Assembly: GCA_038229875.1 (NCBI GenBank)
Contig: JBBROA010000004.1
Location: 161-64,160 of the forward strand
Length of the DNA stretch: 64,000 nucleotides
DNA from: Thermoanaerobaculia bacterium
GTDB taxonomy: Bacteria > Acidobacteriota > Thermoanaerobaculia > UBA5066 > Gp7-AA6
Reading direction: 5' to 3'
The notes under the pieces were generated by a model. The model ran no database searches. It saw only the letters and a program-made list of their open reading frames with translations, and was not told where the DNA came from. Below, in pieces: positions 1 to 9,706 of the stretch (its first letter is position 1; every line of letters begins with the position of its first letter). The position numbers and the translations under genes are program-made.

Positions 1-864
1 GCAAGCGATCTCGAAGTGCGTAAAGCCGTGGGCGAAGGGACGTCCGATCCAGGCCTCGAAGGCGGGTAGATCGTCGGGGACGAAGCCGCTCCCGGGCAGC
101 CAGGTCCTGTACAGCCAGTCGATCGCGCGCGCCTCGAGCTCGATGCCGCCGCTTACGACCACCTCGGCCACGCGCATCGGCGGGAACTCGAAGCGGCCGA
201 TCTCGCCCGCGGGCTCGACGTCGTCGACCACGAGCGCGACGTCGTACCGACAGTCCTTGAGGGCGACGATCTCGGGTTCCTCCCACATGTAGCCGAGCCA
301 CTGGCCGTCCGCGAGGCCGCGCTCGATCGCCCACGCGAGGAGTCGTTCACAGGCCGCTTGCGCGACACCCTCGCGGTAGGGATCGAGGACGCGGATGTAG
401 GCCACGGTGCGGGCGGGCAGGTCGCGAAGTTGCACCGCGAAGCCGTCGGGGTTCTGGCCCGCCGGCAGCGTCGTGAAACGATGACCTCCCTCCTGACTCG
501 ACAAGACGCGCTCGAACTCCCCGCGCCTGGAGTTGCGGAAGGTGTCGAGGTCGAACACGCTGGGCGCCGCCCCGTAGCGCTGCTTGAAGCTGCGCGAAAA
601 GTTGGAGGAGGAGGAAAAGCCGCAGTCCAAAGCCACGTCCGTCAACGAGCGCTTGGGCGCGTGGGACATCAGGTACAGCGCCCGCTCGAGCCGCTGCCGC
701 TTCACGAACTGGTTCAGCGTCTCCCCCAGGAGGGCCTTGAAGACGCGGTGGAAGTGGAAGGGGGAGAAGCAGGCCGCCTCGGACACCTCGTCCAGTCTCA
801 AGGGCTGAGCGAGGTTGCGCACGATGTGGTCGATCGCGCGGTTGACGCGCTCGACATAATCCAT
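1..864 (-). CDS. AraC-family transcriptional regulator with GyrI-like effector-binding domain (C-terminus runs off the window)
   Basis: Manual minus-strand translation from ATG at 864-862: MDYVERVNRAIDHIVRNL...FSPFHFHRVFK...NFSRSFKQRYG (AraC HTH), then a GyrI-like C-terminal half. Absent from the ORF track because it is open at the window edge. Confidence 0.85.
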   Translation of the reverse strand, partial: MDYVERVNRAIDHIVRNLAQPLRLDEVSEAACFSPFHFHRVFKALLGETLNQFVKRQRLERALYLMSHAPKRSLTDVALDCGFSSSSNFSRSFKQRYGAAPSVFDLDTFRNSRRGEFERVLSSQEGGHRFTTLPAGQNPDGFAVQLRDLPARTVAYIRVLDPYREGVAQAACERLLAWAIERGLADGQWLGYMWEEPEIVALKDCRYDVALVVDDVEPAGEIGRFEFPPMRVAEVVVSGGIELEARAIDWLYRTWLPGSGFVPDDLPAFEAWIGRPFAHGFTHFEIAC

Positions 865-979
865 GGAAACGGCGCTGTCGGTTTTTCGGTCGGTTCGCAA
901 GATATGGCAAGTTACTTTTGCGATTTTCGGGCATGTTAGCCCCGCGCGCGCTTACGCGGAAGCCGGGAGGAGGCACACG

Positions 980-1351
980 ATGAACATCCTGTTGTGGGTC
1001 CTGCAGGTCCTCGCCGCGCTCCTGTACGGAGCATCGGGCGTCATGAAGGTCTTCCTGTTCGACAAGGTAAGCCAGGGCGTCCGGTCTTTTGATGCGTTGC
1101 CGCGGCAGGCCTGGGTGGCCCTCGGCATCCTCGAGCTCGTCTGCGCGGTCGGGCTGTTCGTCCCGGCCGCCTTCCACTGGCACCCGAAGCTCACCGTGGT
1201 GGCCGCCACGGTTCTGGCGATCGAGAGCCTCGTGTTCATCGGGGTGCACGTCAAGTACCGCGAGATCACGCCCATCATCATGAGCGGCGTGCTGGGCCTC
1301 CTCATGGCGTTCATCGCGTACGGCCGCATGGTCTTAAAGCCGATCCTCTGA
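980..1351 (+). CDS. DoxX-like integral membrane protein
   Basis: ORF 863-1351; internal ATG at 980 preceded by GGAGGAGG. Four hydrophobic helices (MNILLWVLQVLAALLYGASG...). Divergent from the AraC gene. Confidence 0.7.
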   Translation: MNILLWVLQVLAALLYGASGVMKVFLFDKVSQGVRSFDALPRQAWVALGILELVCAVGLFVPAAFHWHPKLTVVAATVLAIESLVFIGVHVKYREITPIIMSGVLGLLMAFIAYGRMVLKPIL

Positions 1352-1447
1352 CCGGCTGACCCCGTCTGGCGGCCTCCCGATTGTGCGGAAGCCTGCCAGA
1401 TATGCTCGTACTACTCCTTTCCCGACCACCGCACATAGGAGGATCAC

Positions 1448-1834
1448 ATGAAGCGAGTCACTGGCATCGGCGGCATCTTTTTCAAGGCAAAGGATGCCTC
1501 TGCGCTGCAGGCCTGGTACAAGCGTCATCTCGGCATCGCTGTCCATGCGTGGGGCGGTGCCAAGTTCGACTGGACCGACTCGGATGGCAGGCCCACAGGC
1601 GGAACGACCGCCTGGCTCGTTGCTCCGGAGGAAAGCAAACAGTTTGCTCCAAGCGAAGCCTCGTTCATGGTCAACTACCGCGTTGAAGACCTTCACGCTC
1701 TGATCGCAGCGCTCAAAGCGGAAGGCTGCAACGTCCTCGACAAGATAGATGACTCTGAGTACGGCAAGTTTGGCTGGGTCATCGATCCTGAGGGAAACAA
1801 GGTCGAATTGTGGCAACCACCTGCGGGTCAGTGA
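1448..1834 (+). CDS. VOC (glyoxalase/bleomycin-resistance) family protein
   Basis: 128 aa; GIGGIFFKAKD...GWVIDPEGNKVELWQP is typical of small VOC-fold proteins. GGAGG sits upstream of the ATG. Confidence 0.85.
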   Translation: MKRVTGIGGIFFKAKDASALQAWYKRHLGIAVHAWGGAKFDWTDSDGRPTGGTTAWLVAPEESKQFAPSEASFMVNYRVEDLHALIAALKAEGCNVLDKIDDSEYGKFGWVIDPEGNKVELWQPPAGQ

Positions 1835-2111
1835 AATGCGCCTACGCTCCCTTCGGCAGTTCGGCGGCCTGAACCTTCGCGGCAGCCACCGACGGGCGTT
1901 CGGCCACCACACACACTCGATTGAATGCGACGAGACCAAGGGGATACGCAGTCCAGCCAGGGCCCTGGGTCCGAGCAACCACTCCACCTCAAGGAGGCTC
2001 CCCAGGCACGCGAGGAGCGCCGACCTCGCGAGCGGATGCTGAAGCAGCGAACGCGCTGATGGCCCCGACACGTAACAGCATGGTCGAAACTCGGCGGGGA
2101 AATTAGGTTCG

Positions 2112-2720
2112 ATGGGGACGGGAAGACTCGAGGCATTCAGTGACGGCGTGATGGCGATCATCATCACGATCATGGTGCTCGAGCTGAAGGTCCCGCACGG
2201 CGCCGATTTCGCGTCGCTTCGGCCGCTCATCCCGGTCCTCCTGAGCTACGTGCTCAGTTTCGTCTACATCGGGATCTACTGGAACAATCATCACCACATG
2301 CTCCACGCGACGCAGCGTGTCAGCGGCTCCATTCTGTGGGCGAATCTTCATCTTCTGTTCTGGCTGTCGTTGGTGCCGTTCGCGACCGGGTGGATGGGCG
2401 AAAACCATTTTGCGCCGGCGCCCACCGCTCTCTATGGGGTTCCTCTCCTCATGGCCGCGATCGCCTACTGGCTTCTTCAGCGCGCAATCCTCTCGCACCA
2501 GGGCAGCGGCTCGATCCTGGCGGAGGCGATCGGCAGGGACGTCAAGGGCAAGGTGTCTCCCGTCCTTTACGTGCTCGCGCTTTCTTTGGCGTTTGTCAGC
2601 CCATGGATCGCGAACGGCATCTACGTGGCGGTCGCGTTGATGTGGCTCGTTCCGGACCGACGCATCGAGAGAATGTTGCAGTCCACGGAGAAGCCTTCAG
2701 AACATCCACGACGAGGTTGA
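2112..2720 (+). CDS. TMEM175/DUF1211 family potassium-channel-like membrane protein
   Basis: N-terminal RLEAFSDGVMAIIITIMVLEL motif and a second repeat with YWNNHHH, characteristic of the TMEM175 family. Confidence 0.85.
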   Translation: MGTGRLEAFSDGVMAIIITIMVLELKVPHGADFASLRPLIPVLLSYVLSFVYIGIYWNNHHHMLHATQRVSGSILWANLHLLFWLSLVPFATGWMGENHFAPAPTALYGVPLLMAAIAYWLLQRAILSHQGSGSILAEAIGRDVKGKVSPVLYVLALSLAFVSPWIANGIYVAVALMWLVPDRRIERMLQSTEKPSEHPRRG

Positions 2721-3136
2721 GACGCTGGTCCGGTTCCGGGCCGCCCCGCTCACCGTCCGCGAAACCTTCGACCGGCTCTCGCATCGCCCCGCTGAGAGGA
2801 CCGCTGAGGAATCCGCTCGAACGCCAGAAGACCCTTGGATCGAGGTCCATCGCCCGCCCGTGGCAGGGGCGGTGCGTCCCGCCTTTCCTCAGCCCGCGAG
2901 ACGATCCAGCCCTGTGTACGCTTGTGTCGCGGGCTCGACGCGTGCCGCAGGTGTCGTGTGGCTGCGAGGTCGCCTGGGCGGCATGACGGCGATCAGCTAG
3001 CGAATACCCCGGGCGGCGCTGCCTGAGTCCTGCGCGCAAGAGTTGTTACGGCACGCTTGCGAAGACGACCGGCTGATGGTTTGAGCGTGGCGACCGCGGC
3101 GCAGAAGCCCCACGGCTCGCACAGAGCCCGCCTCGC

Positions 3137-3518
3137 ATGCACCTGTACTTTGCGTTCGCCGCGATCCTCGCTCTGTTGGTCGGGGTTGCGCACTCGGTGC
3201 TGGGCGAACGGAGGATCTTTCGGAATTTGCGGAGAGGAGGCCTCGCGCCGACGGAGGGGGGAACACTGCTGAGCGAGAGGCAGGTACGAATACTCTGGGC
3301 AAGCTGGCATGTGCTCACGGTTTTCGGTGGGAGATGGCGGCAATTCTCGTATGGCTCTCATTTCATTCATGGCTTCCAGCAGCACGGCCCCCCCGGAGCA
3401 GGCAATCGCAGTCTCCAGGCTCATCGGGTCGCTGCTGGTCTTCGTCGGAACCAGGGCAAAGCACCCCGGGTGGGTTGGTTTGCTCGGCGTCGCCGGGTTG
3501 GTCTGGTTCGGCCGGTAG
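3137..3518 (+). pseudogene. small 4-TM membrane protein, apparently disrupted by two frameshifts
   Basis: TM1-TM2 are in frame 3137 (MHLYFAFAAILALLVGVAHSVLGE...WASWHVLTVFG). A plausible continuation WEMAAILVWLSF lies in a second frame, and AIAVSRLIGSLLVFVG...GLLGVAGLVWFGR* in a third. The second switch coincides with a C7 run (3377-3383). Confidence 0.35.
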
Positions 3519-3543
3519 CGGCCTGCTGAACTCGTTCGGGCAG

Positions 3544-4515
3544 TTATCGCGAGCTCAGCCGCGTGCGGGCCTGATCGCCGCCAGCCTCCGCGGCGGCCGT
3601 GAGCAGCAGCCCGCGTTGAGACGAGCCGCGCAAGGCGTCGATCAGGTCGTCGACCACCGGTGAGCGATGCGCGGAAGGCGCGACCACGGCTCGCAACACC
3701 ACGCAGGGCAGCGCGGGACTGACGTGCACCTCGGCGAGCACGCTGTCTCGCAGCTCCGGCTCGACGGCGTGCTCCGGCAAAAGGCCGAGCGCCGTCCCTC
3801 CTGCCAGGATCCCGCGCTTCACACCCTCGATCGTGCCCATCGCCTGCATCCGCGGAGGCGGAACCCCGGCCGCCTCGAAATGATGCCGCAGCGTCTGATG
3901 GTAATTGCCCCCCGCGTCGCACATGTAAAAGTCGCAGCGGCGCAGGGCGTCCGCCGCGGCCATGCCACGCGCCAGCGGGTGAGTGGCGGCGCCGAGGATC
4001 AACAGGCGCGCCTTCGCCAGGATCGAGCCGGCGCCGGCCTCGGGCCCGGTCTCAGGCTCGAGCAACAGGCCGAGGTCGCTCTCGCCCGCGGCTACGCGCT
4101 CCCGGATTTCGCTGCAACTGCCGGTGACCACTTCCACGTGCACCGCCGGCCATCGGGCGCGAAGGGCGGCGAGTCGCGACGGGAGCACGTAGGCTCCGAT
4201 CGACTCGACGGCGGAGACCACCAGCGTGGCCTTGACGCGGGTCGACGCGTCAGCGAGCTCCCCGATGAGCTCGCTGCTCAGCGCGAACATGCGGCGCGCG
4301 TACCCGAGCAGGACCTCGCCAGACGACGTCAGCGCCGGCGCGCCCCTGGCCCCTTTGCGAAACAGGTCGACGCCGAGCGTGCGCTCGAGCGCGCTCAGCG
4401 TCTCGGAGACCGTCGACTGCGAGAGGCCGAGCTCTCGGGCCGCGCGCGTGTGGGTCCCGGCATCGACCACCGCCGCGAAGACCCGTAGGTGCCGTAGCTC
4501 CAGCTCGGTCTTCAC
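3544..4515 (-). CDS. LysR-family transcriptional regulator
   Basis: 323 aa; N-terminal LRHLRVFAAVVDAGTHTRAARELGLSQSTVSETLSALE HTH plus a LysR substrate-binding domain. Confidence 0.9.
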   Translation of the reverse strand: MKTELELRHLRVFAAVVDAGTHTRAARELGLSQSTVSETLSALERTLGVDLFRKGARGAPALTSSGEVLLGYARRMFALSSELIGELADASTRVKATLVVSAVESIGAYVLPSRLAALRARWPAVHVEVVTGSCSEIRERVAAGESDLGLLLEPETGPEAGAGSILAKARLLILGAATHPLARGMAAADALRRCDFYMCDAGGNYHQTLRHHFEAAGVPPPRMQAMGTIEGVKRGILAGGTALGLLPEHAVEPELRDSVLAEVHVSPALPCVVLRAVVAPSAHRSPVVDDLIDALRGSSQRGLLLTAAAEAGGDQARTRLSSR

Positions 4516-4553
4516 CGGGCGACGTTACCATCGGCCTCGCCAGCAGACAGCGT

Positions 4554-4574
4554 CCCATCGGCCTCGCCGATGGG
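4554..4574. promoter_or_regulatory. LTTR-type operator (ATC-N9-GAT inside the perfect palindrome CCCATCGG-N5-CCGATGGG)
   Basis: Lies in the divergent LysR/isochorismatase intergenic region. CATCGGCC half-sites recur at 4529, 4556 and 4578. Confidence 0.5.
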
Positions 4575-4622
4575 CGGCATCGGCCTTTTGGTGCGCGGGC
4601 GGCGCGCCCGTACGGTGGCGCC

Positions 4623-5216
4623 ATGCTCTCATTCGAATCGCACGCGCCCACTCTGCTGGTCGTCGATCTTCAGCTCGGTTTCGACGATCCGCGCTGGGGC
4701 CGGCGAAACAACCCGTTCCTGGAGGATCGTGCCTCCGACTTGTTACGCGCGTGGCGCACAGCCGGGCGCCCGGTCGTCCACGTGCGGCACATGTCGACGG
4801 ATCCATTGTCGCCGCTGCGGCCCGGTCAGCGCGGGAACGGCTTCAAGCCCGAGACGGCTCCCGGCGCCGGCGAGGCGGTGATCGAGAAGCGCGTCAACAG
4901 CGCCTTCATCGGGACGTCGCTCGACACCGATCTGCGGCGCGCCGGGTGCGCGGGGCTGGTGATCGTGGGACTCACCACGAATCACTGCGTCTCGACAACC
5001 GCGCGCATGGCCGGCAACCTGGGCTTCGCGACCTGGGTCGTGTCCGACGCAACGGCCACGTTCGATCGGGTTGGCCCCGACGGTGTCGAGTATCCCGCCG
5101 AGCAGGTGCACGCCATGGCGCTGTCGGACCTCCACGGCGAGTTCGCCACCGTGGTCGACACGGAGGCGGTGATCGGTGCGCTGCAGGTTCCCCGTTTCTC
5201 GAGGAGGGCGTCATGA
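4623..5216 (+). CDS. isochorismatase-family cysteine hydrolase
   Basis: LLVVDLQLGF...VIEKRVNSAF...LVIVGLTTNHCVSTTAR contains the D-K-C catalytic triad context of the isochorismatase family. Confidence 0.85.
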   Translation: MLSFESHAPTLLVVDLQLGFDDPRWGRRNNPFLEDRASDLLRAWRTAGRPVVHVRHMSTDPLSPLRPGQRGNGFKPETAPGAGEAVIEKRVNSAFIGTSLDTDLRRAGCAGLVIVGLTTNHCVSTTARMAGNLGFATWVVSDATATFDRVGPDGVEYPAEQVHAMALSDLHGEFATVVDTEAVIGALQVPRFSRRAS

Positions 5217-7279
5217 GGTTCGCGCGCATCGTGTTGGCCGTCGCGGCCGGGATCGCGCTTTTCGCGGGTGGCGCCCCGATTTCAGTCGCTGAAGAAGTTT
5301 GCCCGCCATCGGAGCAGGGCGCGGCGCCGAAAGGCATCGAGTCAAACGATTTGGATCGCGCCGCCGACCCGTGCACCGACTTCTACGCCTTTGCCAACGG
5401 CGGCTGGCGCGCCGCGAATCCCATCCCGGCGGGGAAATCGCGCTGGAGCCGGCGGTGGGCCGCTCGCGAGGCGAACCGGGAGCAGTTGAAGAATCTCCTC
5501 GAAGAGCTGGCCTCAAAAACGGATCGGCCCCGAGGAAGCGTCGAGCAGCAGCTCGGCGATCACTTCGCCGCGTGCATGAACGAGCCGGCGATCGACGCCG
5601 CGGGTGTGACCCCCCTGGCGCCGTTGCTCGCCGACATCGGCGGTGTCCGGGATCCCGCCGGCGTCCAGCGCATGATTCGGCGGCTGCATGAGCTGGCGGT
5701 CCCGGCTCCGTTCGTGGCAACGCGCGCGTTTGATTACCACGACCCTGCGAGCGTGGTCGTGAACATCGCCGCCGGCGGAATGGGGTTGCCTGATCGCGAC
5801 TCCTATCTGAAACCCGAGCCGCGCTTCGCCGAGGCGCGCGAGAAGTATCGGATGCACGTCGCCCGCGTTCTGACGCTCGCCGGAATGTCCGCCGTGCCGG
5901 CGCGGAAGGCCGCAGCCGGCATCCTCGGGCTCGAGACCCGCCTGGCCGAGGCGAGCCTGGAGCCCGCGGCGGCCGCCGATCCGGCCGCGACAGCGCACAA
6001 GCTGACCTTCGAGCAACTCTCGCAGCTCGCTCCGCGATTCGACTGGGAGAGGTACTTCGCAGAGGCCCGGCTTCCGCGGATCGATGTCAACGTTGCCGAG
6101 CCCGCGTTCGTCGAGCAACTGAACCGAGAGCTCGATGCGACGCCAGTGAAGGTGTGGAAGGCCTATCTGAAGTGGCACCTGCTCGAGTCGGCGGCGCCGT
6201 GGCTTTCGAAGCCCTTCGCCGACGAGTCCTTCGCCTTCCGCGACAAGTACCTGGGCGGCGCGGCCGCGGCAAAGCCCCGCGCGATGCGCTGTCTCGAATC
6301 GACGGAGGCATTGCTCGGAGAGCCCCTCGGCCGCGTGTACGCCGAGCGCTACTTTCCTCCCGCGGCGAAGGCAAAAGTTCAGGAGATGGTTCGTACCCTG
6401 GTCGCTGTTCTGAAGGAGGACCTCAGCGAGCTGAAGTGGATGTCCGACGCGACGAGGCAGGAGGCCCTCGCGAAAGTTCAGGCCTTTGAGGTGAAAGTGG
6501 GGTACCCCGACGCGTGGACCGACCACTCGGCGCTCGTCATTCGCCGTGACGCCTTCTGGGCCAACGTGGCCGCGGGCCGCCGCTTCGGAGTCGAGGCCGC
6601 GCGCCGACGCGTCGGGCAACGCACGAGCCGGGCGATCTGGGAACTGCCCCCGTCGTCACCCGACGCGTACATCGACATCCAGCTCGACCTGATGGCGTTG
6701 CCGGCCGGCTTTCTGCAGCCGCCAATGTTCGACCTCGTCGCATCGGACGCCGTGAATTACGGCGCGATGGGCGTCGGGATTGCGCACGACCTCACTCACG
6801 CGATCGACGCGCTCGGCGCCGACTTCGACTCGACGGGGCAGCCGCGGAAGTGGTGGACGGAGCCCGATCTCGACGCCTTCCAGAAGCTCGGCCAGTGTTC
6901 CGTCGATCAGTACGACGGCTACGACATCGAGCCCGGCGTTCACCTCCAGGGAAAGCAGGTCCTCGGCGAGGCGCTCGGCGACGCCGCCGGCGTGCGCCTG
7001 GCGTATCTGGCCCTCCAGCGTTCGATGCAGCGTCACCCGGTGCCTGTGATCGACGGCTTGAGCCCCGAACAGCAGTTCTTCATCGCGTGGGGCCAGTTCC
7101 GCGGCGCCGCCGAGAGCCTGGAGATGCAGCGTCAAATGGTCAAGACGGATACGCATCCGACCGCCAGGTACCGGGTGATCGGGCCGCTGTCGAATGCGCC
7201 GGAGTTCCAGAAGGCCTTCGCCTGCAAGGCCGGATCGGCCATGGTGAGGCCGCCCGAAAAGCGCTGCGCGGGTTGGTAG
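5213..7279 (+). CDS. M13-family (neprilysin/PepO-like) metallopeptidase, exported; zinc motif reads HDLTH
   Basis: ATG at 5213 overlaps the upstream stop (ATGA). Signal-like N-terminus; CTDFYAFANGGW, AHDLTHAID, GEALGDAAG and a C-terminal RCAGW are typical M13 landmarks. The upstream 4226-5212 part of the 1017-aa ORF is rejected. Confidence 0.9.
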   Translation: MRFARIVLAVAAGIALFAGGAPISVAEEVCPPSEQGAAPKGIESNDLDRAADPCTDFYAFANGGWRAANPIPAGKSRWSRRWAAREANREQLKNLLEELASKTDRPRGSVEQQLGDHFAACMNEPAIDAAGVTPLAPLLADIGGVRDPAGVQRMIRRLHELAVPAPFVATRAFDYHDPASVVVNIAAGGMGLPDRDSYLKPEPRFAEAREKYRMHVARVLTLAGMSAVPARKAAAGILGLETRLAEASLEPAAAADPAATAHKLTFEQLSQLAPRFDWERYFAEARLPRIDVNVAEPAFVEQLNRELDATPVKVWKAYLKWHLLESAAPWLSKPFADESFAFRDKYLGGAAAAKPRAMRCLESTEALLGEPLGRVYAERYFPPAAKAKVQEMVRTLVAVLKEDLSELKWMSDATRQEALAKVQAFEVKVGYPDAWTDHSALVIRRDAFWANVAAGRRFGVEAARRRVGQRTSRAIWELPPSSPDAYIDIQLDLMALPAGFLQPPMFDLVASDAVNYGAMGVGIAHDLTHAIDALGADFDSTGQPRKWWTEPDLDAFQKLGQCSVDQYDGYDIEPGVHLQGKQVLGEALGDAAGVRLAYLALQRSMQRHPVPVIDGLSPEQQFFIAWGQFRGAAESLEMQRQMVKTDTHPTARYRVIGPLSNAPEFQKAFACKAGSAMVRPPEKRCAGW

Positions 7280-7341
7280 TTGGTCTTCGCGCCGCGACGC
7301 GCGTACGAGGCCTCGCCATCACCACTCGTATCATCGAGCCG

Positions 7342-8325
7342 ATGCTCGCACGTACGGGCCACGAACGAGGAGTGCACACAGACAGCGGCGCGCAGCCCCG
7401 CTCGTCGAAGGACCCCGTCATCGACTGGCTCCTCGACGCCGACCCGTCGATCCGCTGGCAGGCCATGCGCGACTTGACCGACACGGCTCCCGAGATCGTC
7501 GCGGCCGAGCGGTCGCGCATCGCGGCGGAGGGATGGGGCCCACGGCTGCTCGATCAACAGCGACCCGACGGCCATTGGGGCGACGGGACCGCCACGCCGC
7601 TCTGGTGGTCGAACCTGTACACGCTGCTGTTCCTTCGCGATCTGGGGCTCGACCCGGCGAGCGAGCGGGCGCGAACCGCGATCGATCTCGTGCGCAGCAA
7701 CGTCACCTGGGGACCGGAGTTCGGAGACTCGCCCTTCTTCGAAGGTGAGGTCGAGCCATGCATCAACGGCCGCGTGGTCGCGCTCGGCGCGTACTTCGGC
7801 GACCGCAGCGCCCGGCTCGTGGATCGACTGCTGCGCGATCAGCTCGTGGATGGCGGCTGGAACTGCGAAGCGGAGCGCGGCTCCGTACGCTCGTCGTTCC
7901 ACACGACGATCTGTGTGCTCGAAGGTCTGCTCGCGTACGAGGAGGCGTTCGGCGCCACGTCTCCGGTAACCGCCGCGCGGGAGAGGGCGCAGGAGTACCT
8001 CCTCGAGCGCCGTCTGCTCCGGAGGTTGTCGAGCGGCGAAATCATCGATACGGCGTGGACGCAGTCAGCGTTTCCGACGCTCTGGCATTACGACGTGCTG
8101 CGCGCGCTCGACTATCTGCGGGCCGCCGGCGTGCAGCCGGATGCGCGAGTCGAGGAGGCCGTCGCGGCGGTGCGCGAGCGGCGGCAGAGCGACGGGCGCT
8201 GGCTGCTCGACGTGCGGCACCGCAACACCCTTCACGAGGAGATGGCGGGCCCGATCGGAGCGCCGAGTCGCTGGATCACGTTACGCGCGCTCCGGGTGCT
8301 GGACTGGTACGCGCGTCGGGACTGA
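7342..8325 (+). CDS. prenyltransferase/squalene-cyclase-like alpha/alpha-toroid repeat protein
   Basis: Repeated DG.W motifs (QRPDGHWGD, LVDGGWNCE, QSDGRWLLD). Internal ATG at 7342 of ORF 6850-8325. Confidence 0.6.
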   Translation: MLARTGHERGVHTDSGAQPRSSKDPVIDWLLDADPSIRWQAMRDLTDTAPEIVAAERSRIAAEGWGPRLLDQQRPDGHWGDGTATPLWWSNLYTLLFLRDLGLDPASERARTAIDLVRSNVTWGPEFGDSPFFEGEVEPCINGRVVALGAYFGDRSARLVDRLLRDQLVDGGWNCEAERGSVRSSFHTTICVLEGLLAYEEAFGATSPVTAARERAQEYLLERRLLRRLSSGEIIDTAWTQSAFPTLWHYDVLRALDYLRAAGVQPDARVEEAVAAVRERRQSDGRWLLDVRHRNTLHEEMAGPIGAPSRWITLRALRVLDWYARRD

Positions 8326-8376
8326 TACGGTGGCCGAACAGGCCGCAGTTTTCAGCAAGCCGGCCGGAGGTTCTCC

Positions 8377-8817
8377 ATGCGTGGCGAGAAAATCTACGAA
8401 TACGACCTCGACGTTACCGGCATGACGGATTACGGCGTGAGCCTGGAGGCGATTCTGTCGGCCACGCAGCCGGTCCCACCTCAGGGGGTTCGCATCGATA
8501 TCGCGTTTGAGGGTCGCGCCATTGGTCGCCTGACCGGGCGAGTGCGCGGCGTCGACTACCTGAGGATGCGCGCTGACGGGCGCGTCGATCTTGACATTCG
8601 GGCGACGATCGAGACTGAGGACGGGCAACGGATCGCGCTGTCTGCCGATGGCGTGGCCGTTCCACGCACAGCCGAGCCGATCGCGGACCTCTGGGAGAAC
8701 GTTCGCCTCGACACAGCAGGAAATGACTACGCCTGGGTCAACACGCGACAGGTCTGGGGCGTCGGGAACGTGAATTTCGCGACCGGGAAGATTCACATCG
8801 ACGCCTACATGCAGTAA
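8377..8817 (+). CDS. DUF3237-like beta-barrel protein
   Basis: 146 aa with the GVDYLRMRADGRVDLDIRATIETEDG...W pattern of the DUF3237 family. Call made by recollection only. Confidence 0.6.
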   Translation: MRGEKIYEYDLDVTGMTDYGVSLEAILSATQPVPPQGVRIDIAFEGRAIGRLTGRVRGVDYLRMRADGRVDLDIRATIETEDGQRIALSADGVAVPRTAEPIADLWENVRLDTAGNDYAWVNTRQVWGVGNVNFATGKIHIDAYMQ

Positions 8818-8858
8818 ACCTCTCTCTGAGCCCGGGACTTGGAGGATTCGAATCCAGT

Positions 8859-9593
8859 ATGTCCATAGAAATCGGACATGTAGAGGCGATCTTCCGATAT
8901 CCGGTGAAGTCGATGGGCGGCGAACGACTCGAGTCCGCCCGGCTGGGCTGGCACGGCCTCGATGGCGACAGGCGCCTCGCATTCCGGCGGCTGGATGACC
9001 GCGGCGGGTTCCCGTGGCTGTCGGCAAGCAGGCTTCCCGATCTGCTCCTGTTTGCTCCGCACCGCCTGGGAGACGGCACTCAGGGAGACCTTCCAACGCA
9101 CGTCCGCGCGCCGGGTGGCGAAGAGATGCCTGTCTTCGGGGAGGATCTCGCCACGGAAGTCGGGCGCCGTCACGGGGCTCCCGTCCAGATGATGCAGTTG
9201 AAACATGGCATGTTCGATGAAGCCAGCATCTCGGTGATCGCCTCAGAGACGGTGAGCGAGATCGGACGGCTCGCCGGGAGGAGCCCGGACGTGCGACGGT
9301 TCCGGCCGAATGTCGTGGTTCGCCTGCTGCGACCGGTTGCCTTCCAGGAGGACGAGTGGTTGAACGGTGTTCTCTCGTTCGGTGAGGGGGACGACGCGCC
9401 TGCCATTACCGTGACGATGCGGGACCTTCGATGCTCCATGGTGAACCTCGATCCCGACTCGGCAAGCTCTGCTCCGGAAGTGATGAAGGCGGTCGTTCGC
9501 GCGAACCAGAACAACGCGGGAATTTACGGCACGGTCACTCGCGTCGGCCGGCTGGCCGTCGGGCAGACAATGATTCTCCAGGCGCCGAATTAG
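8859..9593 (+). CDS. MOSC domain-containing protein
   Basis: N-terminal IFRYPVKSMGGE (MOSC_N beta-barrel) and C-terminal RFRPNVVV...CSMVNLDPD...GIYG MOSC core. Confidence 0.85.
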   Translation: MSIEIGHVEAIFRYPVKSMGGERLESARLGWHGLDGDRRLAFRRLDDRGGFPWLSASRLPDLLLFAPHRLGDGTQGDLPTHVRAPGGEEMPVFGEDLATEVGRRHGAPVQMMQLKHGMFDEASISVIASETVSEIGRLAGRSPDVRRFRPNVVVRLLRPVAFQEDEWLNGVLSFGEGDDAPAITVTMRDLRCSMVNLDPDSASSAPEVMKAVVRANQNNAGIYGTVTRVGRLAVGQTMILQAPN

Positions 9594-9706
9594 AAAGAGG
9601 TCGTGCTTGATCGATGTCCGCGACGCCGCTTTTGTCTCGTTCCGTTTCGCGACGGGGGAACGTCCTCGGGTAAAGGACTGATCGTGGTACGAGCCTGGGT
9701 CATTCC

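Noticed and set aside
2721-3136. 416-bp gap with several overlapping ORFs (2336-2986 +, 2596-3039 -)
   Set aside because: None shows motifs or a convincing start or RBS. The region is treated as intergenic or decayed.
4226-5212. N-terminal 329 codons of the 1017-aa ORF 4226-7279
   Set aside because: Arg/Ala/Ser-rich with no motifs. It is antisense to the well-supported LysR gene and overlaps the isochorismatase gene. The M13 peptidase has its own ATG, signal peptide and ATGA coupling at 5213.
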